A stretch of DNA of 64,000 bases from Azolla caroliniana (lineage: Eukaryota; Plantae; Polypodiophyta), in NCBI GenBank assembly GCA_043228905.1, contig JBHGNT010000049.1, forward strand, positions 119,105 to 183,104, in the 5' to 3' direction. The position numbers were made by a program, and so were the translations under genes. This document shows, piece after piece, positions 38,940 to 52,071 of this stretch. Every line of letters starts with the position of its first letter. Positions within the stretch are counted from its first letter, which is position 1. The notes under the pieces were generated by a model. That model was not told the DNA's origin, did not search any database, and saw only the letters and a list, made by a program, of their open reading frames with translations.

Positions 38940-41900
38940 TCACCATTTTCTCTCAATTAATTTAGAGAAAAATATCTAATAGAACACCCCCTAACTTGTT
39001 GGTCACTTACCAACATGTTAGAAAGTTTTCCAAAGTTACCTACACTGACTATTGTAGAGGGTTACTCGCGCAATTTTTGGAAACTCTATAGATATTAAAA
39101 AATAAAATATAGGGGTATTTTGACGTTTTGGTATTTTGCCTAAATTTATGTGGTGTCACTAGTCACTAGACACGCATAAGCTACTACGCTATGAAAGGGT
39201 AGAGTCATGCCTGACACCCAATGCATCACATGAAGTGAATATCAATATCATTCACTACAAACTTATATTAGTTACTCCGTGGTTGTAATTTCTCAGGCTT
39301 CATTGTACAAACCCTTTTACATGTACAATAACATTATGAACTTCCAGTTTTTTTTAACATCCATTTTGTTGAAAAGAACCTACATATATTTCCATAATAT
39401 ATAAACTAATTCAAAGGTCTTGTGGCAAATTAAAATATTGAGGTGTTGAACAATAAATGTGTCAAATTAATGTAGGGTTCAATGTAAATTATATTAACAC
39501 AAAGGAAATTGTTTACATTTATGCCATTTCTCTTGCTCTCCACATTCTAAGGTCTACATTGCATCACCTCGGAATTAGACAAAACTCAATAACATGAGTA
39601 GTAACTACATCATGACATTCTAGTTGCAAAATGCCATCCATTAAGACATTCAATAGACTAGGTGATAATGGGCCATATTGAAACATTAAAAACCAAAGTT
39701 ACTATTAAAGTATCATTGTGTATTGATTCTACAAGTTTGAGCCAATCCCTCCCTTGATTTGTGCAATTAAATAGACTTGTCACTTAACGCATGACCATTG
39801 ACAACATAAACAATAGGATTGAGAGTAGATCATGGACACACACATGTATACATATTTATCTCCTTTTTTTGTGCCGTCAAAGTTCAATGGCATAAATATC
39901 ATCACCCATCTCATCAATATGACAAGTGACACGATACACCCTCCAATTTTATGAAGTCACCTTAAGATAAAGTGAAGTTATTTACACACATGTCAAAAGA
40001 TTTCCTTTACGGGCGGTCCTTACTCACCATTTATGAGCACTACAGTTTATGCAAAGTTACTCAAACTTTTGTGCTCATTTGCATTGTACCATTCAAAGAA
40101 GGTTTTGAGATAAACTCAATTGTGACACTCATTGGAGTTTGCATCTATTTGGTTTCAATGCCATTCAAATTCCATTTTTCCAATTATTTAGGAATTTGGT
40201 AAATTTAACATATTAGTTTTGTAGTTCTATTAGATGGTCATGTCTTCTTCTTCTTTTTCCTTCAAAGGTTTTCTTCAATAGTATTAATGAAAAACACCCG
40301 AAGGCTACAACTTGAGCTTGTCTGCCCAAAAGCTTACAATTTATTTATTTATTTTATTTCCAAAACAAAATATACTTCTTATACCAAGTATCATATGCAT
40401 GTGAATCATCACCATCACTCCCAACATGTAAGGATATATGTCTTATTTATTACATAGTATGAATCATACGTACCATACACGCATTCGCATTCGCGAATGT
40501 TTCAATCATTCAAGTATGGTAAACACCCTCAAAGAATGGTAGGAATGTTTGAATAACATTCGCATTCGTTTTCCAACGTAGGAAAACAAATGTTATGCTA
40601 GACGAACACGAATTTTACGTACTATGATTTATTATATGACATGTTCATGTCTTGAATGAATACACATTATGTAATTGGAAGATAGTTGTGTATTGTCCGG
40701 TTATTGAAGATTGGATCTTGTAATATCCAAGCAGATAATATCAAGACCAAACGTTTATTATGACAGGACGCATCCACTATAAGAAAGTTGTAATTATTAC
40801 TAATCCTAATTACTTTTGTCACTCTCCAATGTTCTATAGAGGACCACATGGTTTGCATATTGGTTGCATCACGCATATAAGGGGGGATATTAGTGTCCCA
40901 CGAGGTCTTGCTTTAAGGGTTTCCCATCGTATTTTATCTTCCATAGGTTTGTTGTACCATATGCATGTATATGGGCATGTGAGCTTTTGTATGATCATGT
41001 GTACATGTGTGTAAAAAAAAAACAAGGGAAAGAATGGGGAGGATCCCTAACTTGAAACTCGAACATATATGGGAAGTTTTGATTTATTCTATGGGTTTAA
41101 TATTACAACTACAAGTCAAGGTTCAATATCCTTCTTTTTATTCACAGTTCACCATTTATGAAGAGCTTAGATTAAAATTATAAAGGACATCTACTTGAAC
41201 AAGAGAAAAGGAACATTACTCCATAGAGTAATGGGAAGTATTGATTTTTTCTATGGGTTTAATATTATGAATCAAGGTTCAATATCCTTCTTCTCTCTCG
41301 GTACACAGCTGATTACGAAGAGCTTAGATCACCTAGTGATGTCAATGTTCGAGCCTTAGCTTCTTGTTGTATGAGTTGATTCCACCCTCCAATATACATG
41401 TTTGCTTCAGCCAAACTATAATAATATCCATTCCTCTTGTACATGCTCACACCAATTCAATAAATAAGTGGTGGTCATTGTAAATTCAATAAGTAGTTGT
41501 TCTCGGCAAATATATATTTCATGCTCATTCTTGTGCCCACCAAAGTTAACTTAGGAATTTATTTCCCCGACATTGTGTCTATTTGTGTCAGTCTATGTTG
41601 AAGTGTTGCCCCAAGTGAAAGTTGGCATGTAGCATTTGTTGAACATCTATGTCATACATCTATGCTATTCTATGACAGACATTGAGAAAATTGTATTATC
41701 ACTTTTCGAAATGATGTGAAGAACTCGATATGATATGAAGAAATCGCTTCAACTACGATCTAAGGAGGCCACATTTGAATCTAAATTTGTGAGGAATCAT
41801 ACGCATACATGAAGTATTCTTGGCACGTTGTAAAAGTCATGGCATAAGTAGTTAAATCGGTCATTCATAGGATGTCTCATTCTAGAGCTTTAACCACAAA

Positions 41901-43575
41901 AGTCTTGTGAAACAATCCATACAACATATGTTTTTAACATTTTGTAGAATTTATTACACAAGTAAGAACATCAAATGGATGTACTTGTATTGGAGAATGG
42001 ATTGAGACTTTGTCGTGTGCTCCAAGTTGGCCCAACCCAATTGTTAGGCCAATCATACTTGTGAGTTTACCCTGATTTACTTGGACCATTATAGATTAGT
42101 TAGGTTGGGATCTTTATTACACCTCCTTTCTTCCCTTAAGAGTCAAAGAGGGAGGTGGTTGCTAGTCCAACAATGGCGAATAAGTTTTGGATATTCTAAA
42201 TTTCTCTGTGATTTTGTTTTTATACGATGTTTAGGCCTTCATACAACTATTGTGATATAATGATATGTAAATCCCATTATCCCTACCTACCGACGATTTG
42301 CATACAACATATTGCATAGTATGTACCCAAAAGTAAATTGTATCTAATAATGGATCTTCAGAAAAGGGTCACTTCCACATCCCTTCTTTTGCTAAAGGCC
42401 ATATTTGCCAACCCACACATTTCCTCCCACCAAAAATGCTTTTAAATTGTGCAATCGAGTCAAGCATCTTACATGGTCACATCATCGTCTTTGTGATTTG
42501 ATAACTATAGACAAAAAACTTTATGCTAATGTGTATGCCTTGTATATTGGTAGATATTTGTTGCTCGAGTATACATCCATTTCATAAGTGTATAAGCTCA
42601 ACTTTTGTACAATCCCCTCCCTCCCATGGGGGAAATAGATGGTTTCAATTATCACAAAATTTGCCCATATTAACTTGTCATGAAAGAGGTCCAAGAAATT
42701 AGATTAGTTACCTTGGATAAGGTTGTGACCTTACTATCACAAGGTTTTGTATTGAGCCCAATATCTGTGAAGGTACACTTAATGTGTTAGTGTATGTATG
42801 CATATGCACATGCATTGTCATTGGCCCAACCCAGTATGAAAGGCTCAACTATGGTGTCAACACCTATCATGTACTTCTGTATGACTTTATTACATTCGCA
42901 ATCAATAATTCCTAAGATATGATGATAGAGGAGGATCAAAGTTAATGGCAATCATAATAGCATGTTATTCGTTGAGCTCTATCATGAAAAACGAGAAGAA
43001 AACAAAAGTGAATCCATCCATAATTTGGATGTGCAATAAATAAACAATAAGGAGTAACTAATAGATTCCATGAGAGACGGAATATGGCTTGCACAATGAG
43101 GTCAAAGTGATGCTTAGAGTTGTCGGAATAAGGACAAATGTATGTCATTAAGACAGTAATACAGAGCAAATACAACCCAAAACAATGTTCAAGTTCTCCC
43201 AAGCACAGACAAAGACAATGTATATTGGTTTCCATTAGTTTATTCAGACCTAAAGCGCATGTTCAAGTTAGGCTAGAAGGGTATCTATTCCTTGATGAAA
43301 GTTGTGTGCGTATGTTTGTGTGTGTACTCATAAAGTGTTTAGGAAATGCTTTATACTTTTGTTAAAACCATTTGATTTGATTTGTATTCTACAAAGACAC
43401 TCTATTGTTATACGGTATACCATTTGGTATGTATTCTACAAAGACACTCTTTTTGTTATAACTTATACTATTTGGTACTACGAAGGGACACATATTTCTT
43501 CTACTTCTTCTTCCTTCTTCTTCTTTTCGTGAACATTGAATGTATGTGTGTATGTTCATCGCAATCAGTCTTCTC

Positions 43576-44834
43576 ATGGCGACAAGTAACTCCGAGCTAG
43601 AGCTAGAGTACATCGCTAGATACCACAAGCATGAAATCCATGAGAATCAGACCACTTCTATCCTCTCTAAGAGAATCGCAGCTCCTGTGGAGGTGGTGTG
43701 TGTCTCTCTCTCTCTCTATGTATGTATGTATGTATGTGTATGAATGTATAAGAATAGATTAGCTACTGTATTCATTCACAAGGGTCATTCCTGCCATGTC
43801 TCTTATCATCTGCTCTCTAGACTTGATGATCCACATGGCCAACCCCCCCCCATTTGTGCACTCTTAGCTCAATTTCAAGGCTTCCATTCGTAGTATGTAA
43901 TGTCGATCCACCAATCTAAAGATTCGTTTACTAGTTGTTCTCACTGAATTAAGCATGGTGTGTGTGGGTATACAGGTTTGGTCTATTGTTCGACGGTTCG
44001 ATGAACCGCAAAAATACAAGCCGTTTGTGCAAAGGTGTGTGATGCATGGAGATGGAGATGTCCGACCCGGAAATGTGAGAGAGGTTTATGTTATCTCAGG
44101 ATTGCCCGCCTCCACCAGTACAGAGATCCTCGAAATCCTAGATGATGAACAACACATCCTCAGCTATAAAGTCCTTGGAGGAGATCATCGGTTGTCGGTA
44201 AGATATCCATAAATTGGGCGAATGCTAACCTCTCACACTCTGATCGGCTTTTCTTTGGGCCTAAAATGCCCATGTTTTGCTATGTGAATTTGAGGAAATC
44301 TCTCAGAAATCAGGGTAAGCATAGCAGCCCCAAAAAGTTAGAAAATCCTTCAAAAATGGTGATTTGATAACAAAACAAAAAAATAATAGCACATCTTTTT
44401 CCAATGGTTAAAATACCTATACTATGAGAAGAAGAAAAACTCAGGGACCAACGTAATTCTGATTCTCAAATCTTTTCCCATGCATCCATAATGGAGTAAG
44501 TAGCCCTGAACCCTCAAATGCATGACATAATTAATATATGCTTTACATAGCATTATCAACATTCCATAACTCTGAGTCTATAATCTATTGTTGTTGTTTT
44601 TCAATTGTCTTATTTGTTATATTCTTGCTTCATTTTATGTAGAACTATAAATCAATCACCACATTACATGAAGAAACTATTGACGGTAACCCAGGAACAC
44701 TTGTTCTAGAATCATACTCGGTCGACATTCCAAATGGCAACACAGGACAAGATACCAGGTTCTTCGTGGAAGCTCTCATCAAGTGCAACCTCAAATCCCT
44801 ATCTGACATCTCTAGACAAGCCAATACCACATAA
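43576..44834 (+). CDS. PYL: Abscisic acid receptor PYR/PYL/RCAR, PYL8/9-like; exons 43576-43695, 43976-44197, 44643-44834 (177 aa)
   Basis: APVEV|[18 protein letters not shown], gate SGLPA, latch [28 protein letters not shown]; two phase-0 GT-AG introns. Confidence 0.93.
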
Positions 44835-46591
44835 CACTGATTCATTCCTCGAAGGAAATCTGTTAAACCTTTGCAGCTGCTAATGGCTATTATTAGCTTT
44901 TGATTTGAATCTTTCATGTACTTCCAATGACAAAGATTATGCACACATTGTGTATATGTGGATTAAATTTGTAGATGACACACACACATGCTAAGGATGT
45001 AGCATATATTATGTTACCATATTAACCTTTTTAAGTTGCAGCAAGTTTGGATTGAATATTCAATAGAAATGTTGATATTGTTGCTCCAATATTAGGGATT
45101 AAACTTAGACATACGACATTATACATAACCCACATTCGACAAAATACTTGAAAAAGGCATCCACCCATGCTGATTACCTTTGTGATTGGTGCTAATTGCA
45201 TTAATGAATATCATAATTGAAGTGATAGGTAGCATTGTGGGATTTTTAATTTGTTTTATTATCACCAGTAAGTTTAGTACAACTCACAATTACTCTAGTT
45301 ATAACACTGATCACTAACCTAATCACATTCTTACAACTTTACAGTTCTTTATAGATTGATCACAACTCTGATTAATTGCATTAGAAAAAATCATACTGTA
45401 GTTAGTCTGGACACAAACATACTTCTGAGCTAAAATAGATTTAAAGAAATTTAATACATCTAAACTAAAACAGATTTATAGATTTAAAGATATTTCTAAC
45501 CTGCCCAATTGGTGGCAATCATGGTGCACTACTATTATAATATATTTTGAAAGCAAACCAAACGACCAAAATCATCAATACATACACATCATACATCTTT
45601 CTATACATTAGAAAATACCTCTAGCATCTTAATAAACCCCCAGGTTTCTAGAAACTGAAAATAACATTAACATTATATTATTGACAATGAATCTAGTGTT
45701 CCAACCTCCAATGAAATCATCAAAAGAATACTACTTGAACAATAACATAATAACCCAATTATTAAGATACTGTTATATTACTGTCGGAAACACTTTCTTT
45801 AAGCAGCTCACAGTTCATTCCTCAATGATCAAGATGTTAGGTACGTGATTTCTTTTAATAAAGAAACATTAAAATAAAGAGAATAAGGAATGCTAGTTGA
45901 GACTTTCAGCAAAATATTTGTCATCTATCTCAGCTTATCAGAGAAAGGCTAAAGAAAAATCATTACATAACATGCTCCAACAGTAATCAGAGAAGATCTC
46001 GCTCATAGATAGGTAATGCCACACATTTATAGTTAGATTATGACACCATTAAATACTCATAACTAGACTAAAGCAAAATTACATCGATAATTAACTAATA
46101 AGTATCTTTCAAATAGCCATCATTATGTACTTGCGTTTTGGCAATTTCCCTACTGTATCTTTTATTAAGAAAATTTTATATGAAGCTTTTACTTCAAACG
46201 GTCATTGTATTGCTCCAAAAATTTGTTTGGCTTCGCACCAAATTTAAGGCCCCGATCCACCAAATTTACACAGAATATATAGACTACCAATTTATTACTA
46301 CTAATAATAACCTCAAAAACAGTTTTTACTCTGACTCAGGTTAATTCTTAAACGAGTCTATTACACTACAAACAGTGTGGTGATGATACCCAATTATAGA
46401 AGTAACGATGGCAATTAATTAAATCCAACATTAAGAAAGTACACAGTGAACAACTCAAGAAAGCAAGGATGGGAAAATAGGCAGAGTATTTGAGAGTCCA
46501 AAACTCCAGATTTTTACTTCATTTCTATGGAAAGCTTCAATTAAACAAAAATGTGACCTCTGTGAGACTGAAGAAAAGAACTAGCTATAGC

Positions 46592-48531
46592 TCAAACTGA
46601 CTTCTTTGTTGATTTTGAAGCCTTCTTCCTTCCTCCAGATTTTGCAACACGGAGACTCTTGTGCACAGTACTTAGTTTTGCTAGTGCAGCTTTCTTTAAA
46701 TCGGGACGGTAGCCATTAGCAACCACCTGTGAAAACAATTTTAAAAAAAAGTTTAGAACAAGAACCACAGACTGGAATAACTTGTGATCATAAATTCCTT
46801 AACAAGTGTATTGAAGCAATGACCAAATAATCAAAACTACAAATAAAAACACATTCACACTTATATGAGGTTCATTTGAAACAACAAGGAGTTTCTGCAA
46901 ACACTACCAATATGAACAAATTACTTTCAAATCTCAAATTGACACAGAACAGAGGAAAATCCAAATACCCCAACACATTCGCGGAAGTCAAGAAAACATG
47001 CAGAATCCTAACAATGTAGGGTCATCATCTGCATTGCCACTACATTTGGAAACATGGCGTTGACTTTCATAAATCAATACTACCAGGATGAACTACAAAT
47101 TGCAACTTTAAATTGCAATATAATAAACAAAAGTTCATAAACATCATCTCATTTATTTCAAAAGAATATGAGTAAAATTAAACACACCAAAAAATCACAA
47201 CTATTTGAACCAGTTTACCATACCACATAAAGAACAAATAATTTGCAATTTCCTAGATTTAGAAATGATCATAGCCAGTAACTTATCTATGGAATTCTCA
47301 ATATAGAGGAATATACATTAAGACAACTACATAGGGTCTTGTACGAAAATTTATGTGCTGCACCATAGCACTGAAACATAGAGCAGATCCTAATTTGGAT
47401 CTATAAACTTCAAAACCAAGAATATAAAAGAAAATTTTCTTTTAAATCCGTTAAATTAGGTGGCATACTCTTACCTGATTCTCTACAACTATCGCCATTC
47501 GTCTGACGTCCCTCTTCAAAAGGCATCTATTGATTGAATTCTTCGGTTTATTCGATTTCTTTGTCTTTGTTGTAGCAAGGTAAACAGTGAGATCACTGCC
47601 AGGAGTAATAGATACAGTCTTCTTGTTTGCCAATCCTGTGACCAGATTGAAATTTCACACAACAATTAAGATCATACATCAATTTCTAGCCTTACAAAGG
47701 TTTTTAGATCACATTGGAGAACATAGGAATCTCAGATAAAAATGTAGAAAGTACTCTATAATTCAGATGTAAAAGATATATACCAAACATTATGTAATCA
47801 TTGTATAAAAATATTTGATGCTCTTCTCTTAAAATATACTAATTACAAAATCGTATAACAGTTTAACATTACAATCCTGATTGCACACTAATTTTATACT
47901 TTGTAAAAAAAGTAACTTTACACCTAGTTTTAGATTTGGAGAATATATCAAATTTTCACATCAGTTAATATTGCATAAACTGCACAAATGTCAAACTTTA
48001 TGTAAAAAAAATTGAAGCTTGCCATAACAAACAAAAAATTCATATAGCATAAGCCAATGTCACATATAAATAGAAAGTGATAACAAAGAATACTGTCAAA
48101 TGCGATCTAAATTCAAACCATGTGAAACGTTTCACATAAAGTTACAAAGCATACAGTTACTGAAATCTTGTTAACAAAGACATAGAATAATGTCAAGATA
48201 TTCTTAAAACCCTGTCAGACGTTGTACATAAGGTTCCAAAACATAAAGTTACTGAAACCTTGGAATCAAAAACATAGAGGAATGTCATTATATTCAAATA
48301 AACACACCGATTTTCGTCTATACGAGAAGTTCAGCGAAAAATACAAAAACGCTTTCGCAAAATGATATTAAATAGGAGAATACCAGAGTACTTGAAGGAG
48401 TTGAGGTTATATAGGTTATTAGGCTCACTGCTGAACTGCATCGAAGAACTGCCATTACCATTCCTCTTAACAAGGAATTTGTTGTTCTTCTTCACCAGCT
48501 GCCATAGCAGATCAGGAGAAACTCCAGCCAT
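46592..48531 (-). CDS. RPL28: 60S ribosomal protein L28 (eL28); exons 48531-48384, 47635-47475, 46726-46592 (147 aa)
   Basis: [22 protein letters not shown]...[18 protein letters not shown]|LANKKTV...NQ|[19 protein letters not shown]; GT-AG introns in phase. Confidence 0.95.
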
Positions 48532-49140
48532 TTCTATACCTATATCCCGCAACAGCAGACAAATAGAAATTTAATCATCTGAATTACCTTCAGATGAACG
48601 TGTGGTAGACAGAAAAATATATAGATAACTACGAACGACAAATCAGCACGACATATAGACAGAAAAATGTACGAAACGTAGACGACGTTGAAGAAAACAT
48701 GCGCACGAACCAAGAAAGATAACCGGCTATATTTCGCAACAGAATACGAACACGATTTTAATCGTCTGAAGCAACTCAACAGAAAGTGAAGACAAAAGAA
48801 TATAAAGGAAATACAGCACAAAATTCAGACAGAAAATATACGAGATAAAGAAGATAAAGAGAGAGAAAAAACTGGACAAAATAAGGTAGAAAATCCAGAA
48901 ACAGGCAATCAATTACGTGAAAATTACGTGAGGAGAGAGGGAGAGAGAGAATGAATACCTGAATACAAAACAGAAAGGAACGCATGAGAGAAACAGGAAC
49001 GGTAGAGAAATGGAGAAGGCGATGAAGAGAGAAAACAAACCTGCGGGGATGGGAGTCGACGGAGAGACACAGTCGAAGGCAAGAGCCGAAGAAGAAGAAG
49101 AAGAAAAAGAAGAAGGAAGGAAGGAGCTTGACGATGAAGA

Positions 49141-49196
49141 TTTAGGGTTCTGCAGGAAAATGGTCGGTTTCACACATGGAGCTATGTCCGGGCCAT
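49141..49196 (-). promoter_or_regulatory. RPL28 proximal promoter: telo-box-like AACCCTAAA and a GGCCC site-II-like motif
   Basis: Plus strand TTTAGGGTT at 49141-49149 and GGGCC near 49190, just upstream of the CTT-rich 5' UTR; typical of plant ribosomal-protein promoters. Confidence 0.55.
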
Positions 49197-50066
49197 AGAA
49201 TTGTCCCTAACATTTGTTTCCATTCTTTCCCCTCAACAATCATCATTACACTCTAACCGCAGAGATCAAGCACGTTTAGATTGTAATATGTTATGCTAGT
49301 GGTCGGTCTAACTTACAAAACCTATAGTGGGTTTATATCTCGTCAATTTGTTATAATCCCGAGGATCAAGAGAGTGGCGACATACCATATTAGCTCGCTA
49401 GGAAACCGTCTTCCTCACCTTGGCGCGTCGAGGCCTTGTGTCACCCGTTGGACTCGGGTCGCCGCTTGTATGGTTGCACCAAACTGGGAAGATGATCGAC
49501 GGTAGTTTCACACCAGTTTCCGTTCCCTTCCGGGAACCCTCAAACGCTACACGGTACGTGCCACAAACCTCGGGAAGCGACCCCCCCTCGAAACTAGGTC
49601 ATACGGCCTCCAGCCCGATGACGTGCGGACGTGGAAGGTTTGTCGACTAGCAAACAACCCGAGCCTTGCAGCATTCCGAGAACGTTGTCATTCGTTACAG
49701 CGAGGACCTTCTTGTTTCTTCTCCGTTGACGTTGCATTGGAAAGGAAAGGAGAACAAGAGAACGCATTTCAACCGTTTTGTTTTGATCAGGGGTTGTTGG
49801 TGCGCGTCATTTGGCTCACGCTAAATCTCAAAGGCTGCAGCTAGAGTTTTGACGATGTTAAAAGGTGGTTACGTATCCCACCGATCTATGGCTTTGTTCG
49901 GTAAAACCTGCAAGGCGAGACGATGTTGCCAGGATGTTTGGCCGGGAAGACGAGTCCGCAACCTTGGATGGATTGGTAGATGGAGGGTAAATTGCACCCA
50001 CATTGTCAATGGTAAGTTCTAACGTGTTGCATTGAACGTCGTGCCGTAATGACTCCCGTTGAAAGC

Positions 50067-50531
50067 AAAAGAAAGACGTGAAAGAGAGCATCAAGCCTGA
50101 TGCGCGGTTGCGGGGAATGTTGCAGCGTGGTTGGAATTCTCAATTGCGGTTTCCGTCCAAGGTGCTCATACGTACAACCGTAATGCGTGGTCTTCCTCTG
50201 CGTTATTCCAGGTGACACGAGTCTCGAGTAAGCGTCGGCCATTCCCAAGAACTTGAACCGCAGATTTGACCAGTAAGCGAGCAGATACCTATTACATCCG
50301 ACTTTGACGTGATCGCCAAATGTATTCGGAAGCCCCAAGTAAGGCACCGTCATGGCAGTTACTTCGCAGGCTCATTCCTCTTAACCTTCCACACGTGCGC
50401 GGTTAGCAATCCCTAAAGAACTCCTCGAACGAAGCTCGGGCGGTAACGTCTTGAATAAGGACCCACGCAAGGAGGCGAGGGGGACAAGATCGTAGCGGTG
50501 GTTTTGACGTACAACTAATTCAACCGCGCGG
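50067..50531 (-). ncRNA. Candidate ~460-nt Pol III trailer RNA co-transcribed with tRNA-iMet (repeated in every unit); identity unknown
   Basis: No T4 until 50067-50070; complementary ends (50521-50529 with 50102-50110); terminal hairpin 50088-50103 before a pyrimidine/T tract. Hypothesis only. Confidence 0.3.
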
Positions 50532-50603
50532 TATCAGAGCGAGGTTTCGATCCTCGGACCTGTGGGTTATGGGCCCACCACGCTTCCGCTGCGCCACTCT
50601 GAT
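50532..50603 (-). tRNA. tRNA-iMet: Initiator tRNA-Met (CAT), copy 1
   Basis: ATCAGAGTGGCGCAGCGGAAGCGTGGTGGGCCCATAACCCACAGGTCCGAGGATCGAAACCTCGCTCTGATA: A1:U72, three G:C pairs in the anticodon stem, A54/A60 T-loop, 72 nt. Confidence 0.97.
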
Positions 50604-52071
50604 GCGGATGACTTGAAAGCCAAAGAGAGATAAAGAATTCAAAGAGAACGACGCGAGAGCTCTTCCTTATTTCTCCATGTTAATCTACTCGAGAAGCCAT
50701 GGAAACGTTGTAAACAAGGTCGAGGTTAGCAAATGGAGCGTGAACAACCCGAGCATGAGCACGGCGGGTGGCCCAGTTAAGTAGTACGGATGTTCCTACC
50801 TACTCGGCGCACGTCAATGTGTCTGCCTCGTTCGTTCTTGCTACGGACTTGGAGCGGGAGAACACCCTCTTGTGGGCAACGCGAGAGAGAGGGCGACCTG
50901 ATTATTCTTGAGCATGGCGACATACCATATTAGCTCGCTAGGAAACCGTCTTCCTCACCTTGGCGCGTCGAGGCCTTGTGTCACCCGTTGGACTCGGGTC
51001 GCCGCTTGTATGGTTGCACCAAACTGGGAAGATGATCGACGGTAGTTTCACACCAGTTTCCGTTCCCTTCCGGGAACCCTCAAACGCTACACGGTACGTG
51101 CCACAAACCTCGGGAAGCGACCCCCCCTCGAAACTAGGTCATACGGCCTCCAGCCCGATGACGTGCGGACGTGGAAGGTTTGTCGACTAGCAAACAACCC
51201 GAGCCTTGCAGCATTCCGAGAACGTTGTCATTCGTTACAGCGAGGACCTTCTTGTTTCTTCTCCGTTGACGTTGCATTGGAAAGGAAAGGAGAACAAGAG
51301 AACGCATTTCAACCGTTTTGTTTTGATCAGGGGTTGTTGGTGCGCGTCATTTGGCTCACGCTAAATCTCAAAGGTTGCAGCTAGAGTTTTGACGATGTTA
51401 AAAGGTGGTTACGTATCCCACCGATCTATGGCTTTGTTCGGTAAAACCTGCAAGGCGAGACGATGTTGCCAGGATGTTTGGCCGGGAAGACGAGTCCGCA
51501 ACCTTGGATGGATTGGTAGATGGAGGGTAAATTGCACCCACATTGTCAATGGTAAGTTCTAACGTGTTGCATTGAACGTCGTGCCGTAATGACTCCCGTT
51601 GAAAGCAAAAGAAAGACGTGAAAGAGAGCATCAAGCCTGATGCGCGGTTGCGGGGAATGTTGCAGCGTGGTTGGAATTCTCAATTGCGGTTTCCGTCCAA
51701 GGTGCTCATACGTACAACCGTAATGCGTGGTCTTCCTCTGCGTTATTCCAGGTGACACGAGTCTCGAGTAAGCGTCGGCCATTCCCAAGAACTTGAACCG
51801 CAGATTTGACCAGTAAGCGAGCAGATACCTATTACATCCGACTTTGACGTGATCGCCAAATGTATTCGGAAGCCCCAAGTAAGGCACCGTCATGGCAGTT
51901 ACTTCGCAGGCTCATTCCTCTTAACCTTCCAGACGTGCGCGGTTAGCAATCCCTAAAGAACTCCTCGAACGAAGCTCGGGCGGTAACGTCTTGAATAAGG
52001 ACCCACGCAAGGAGGCGAGGGGGACAAGATCGTAGCGGTGGTTTTGACGTACAACTAATTCAACCGCGCGG

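Noticed and set aside
41066-41330. ~165-bp-period degenerate duplication, plus a similar short one at 43382-43480
   Set aside because: Ordinary local tandem duplications in intergenic DNA.
50410-50418. CCCTAAA in the array unit as a telomerase RNA template
   Set aside because: Only one 7-nt repeat with no alignment extension, on the strand opposite the tRNA, and no USE+TATA promoter.
50770-50800. CAGTTAAGTAGTA.GGATG resembling 5S rRNA/Cassandra A and C boxes
   Set aside because: Spacing is wrong and the rest of 5S is absent; CATACCA at the unit start is too short to count.
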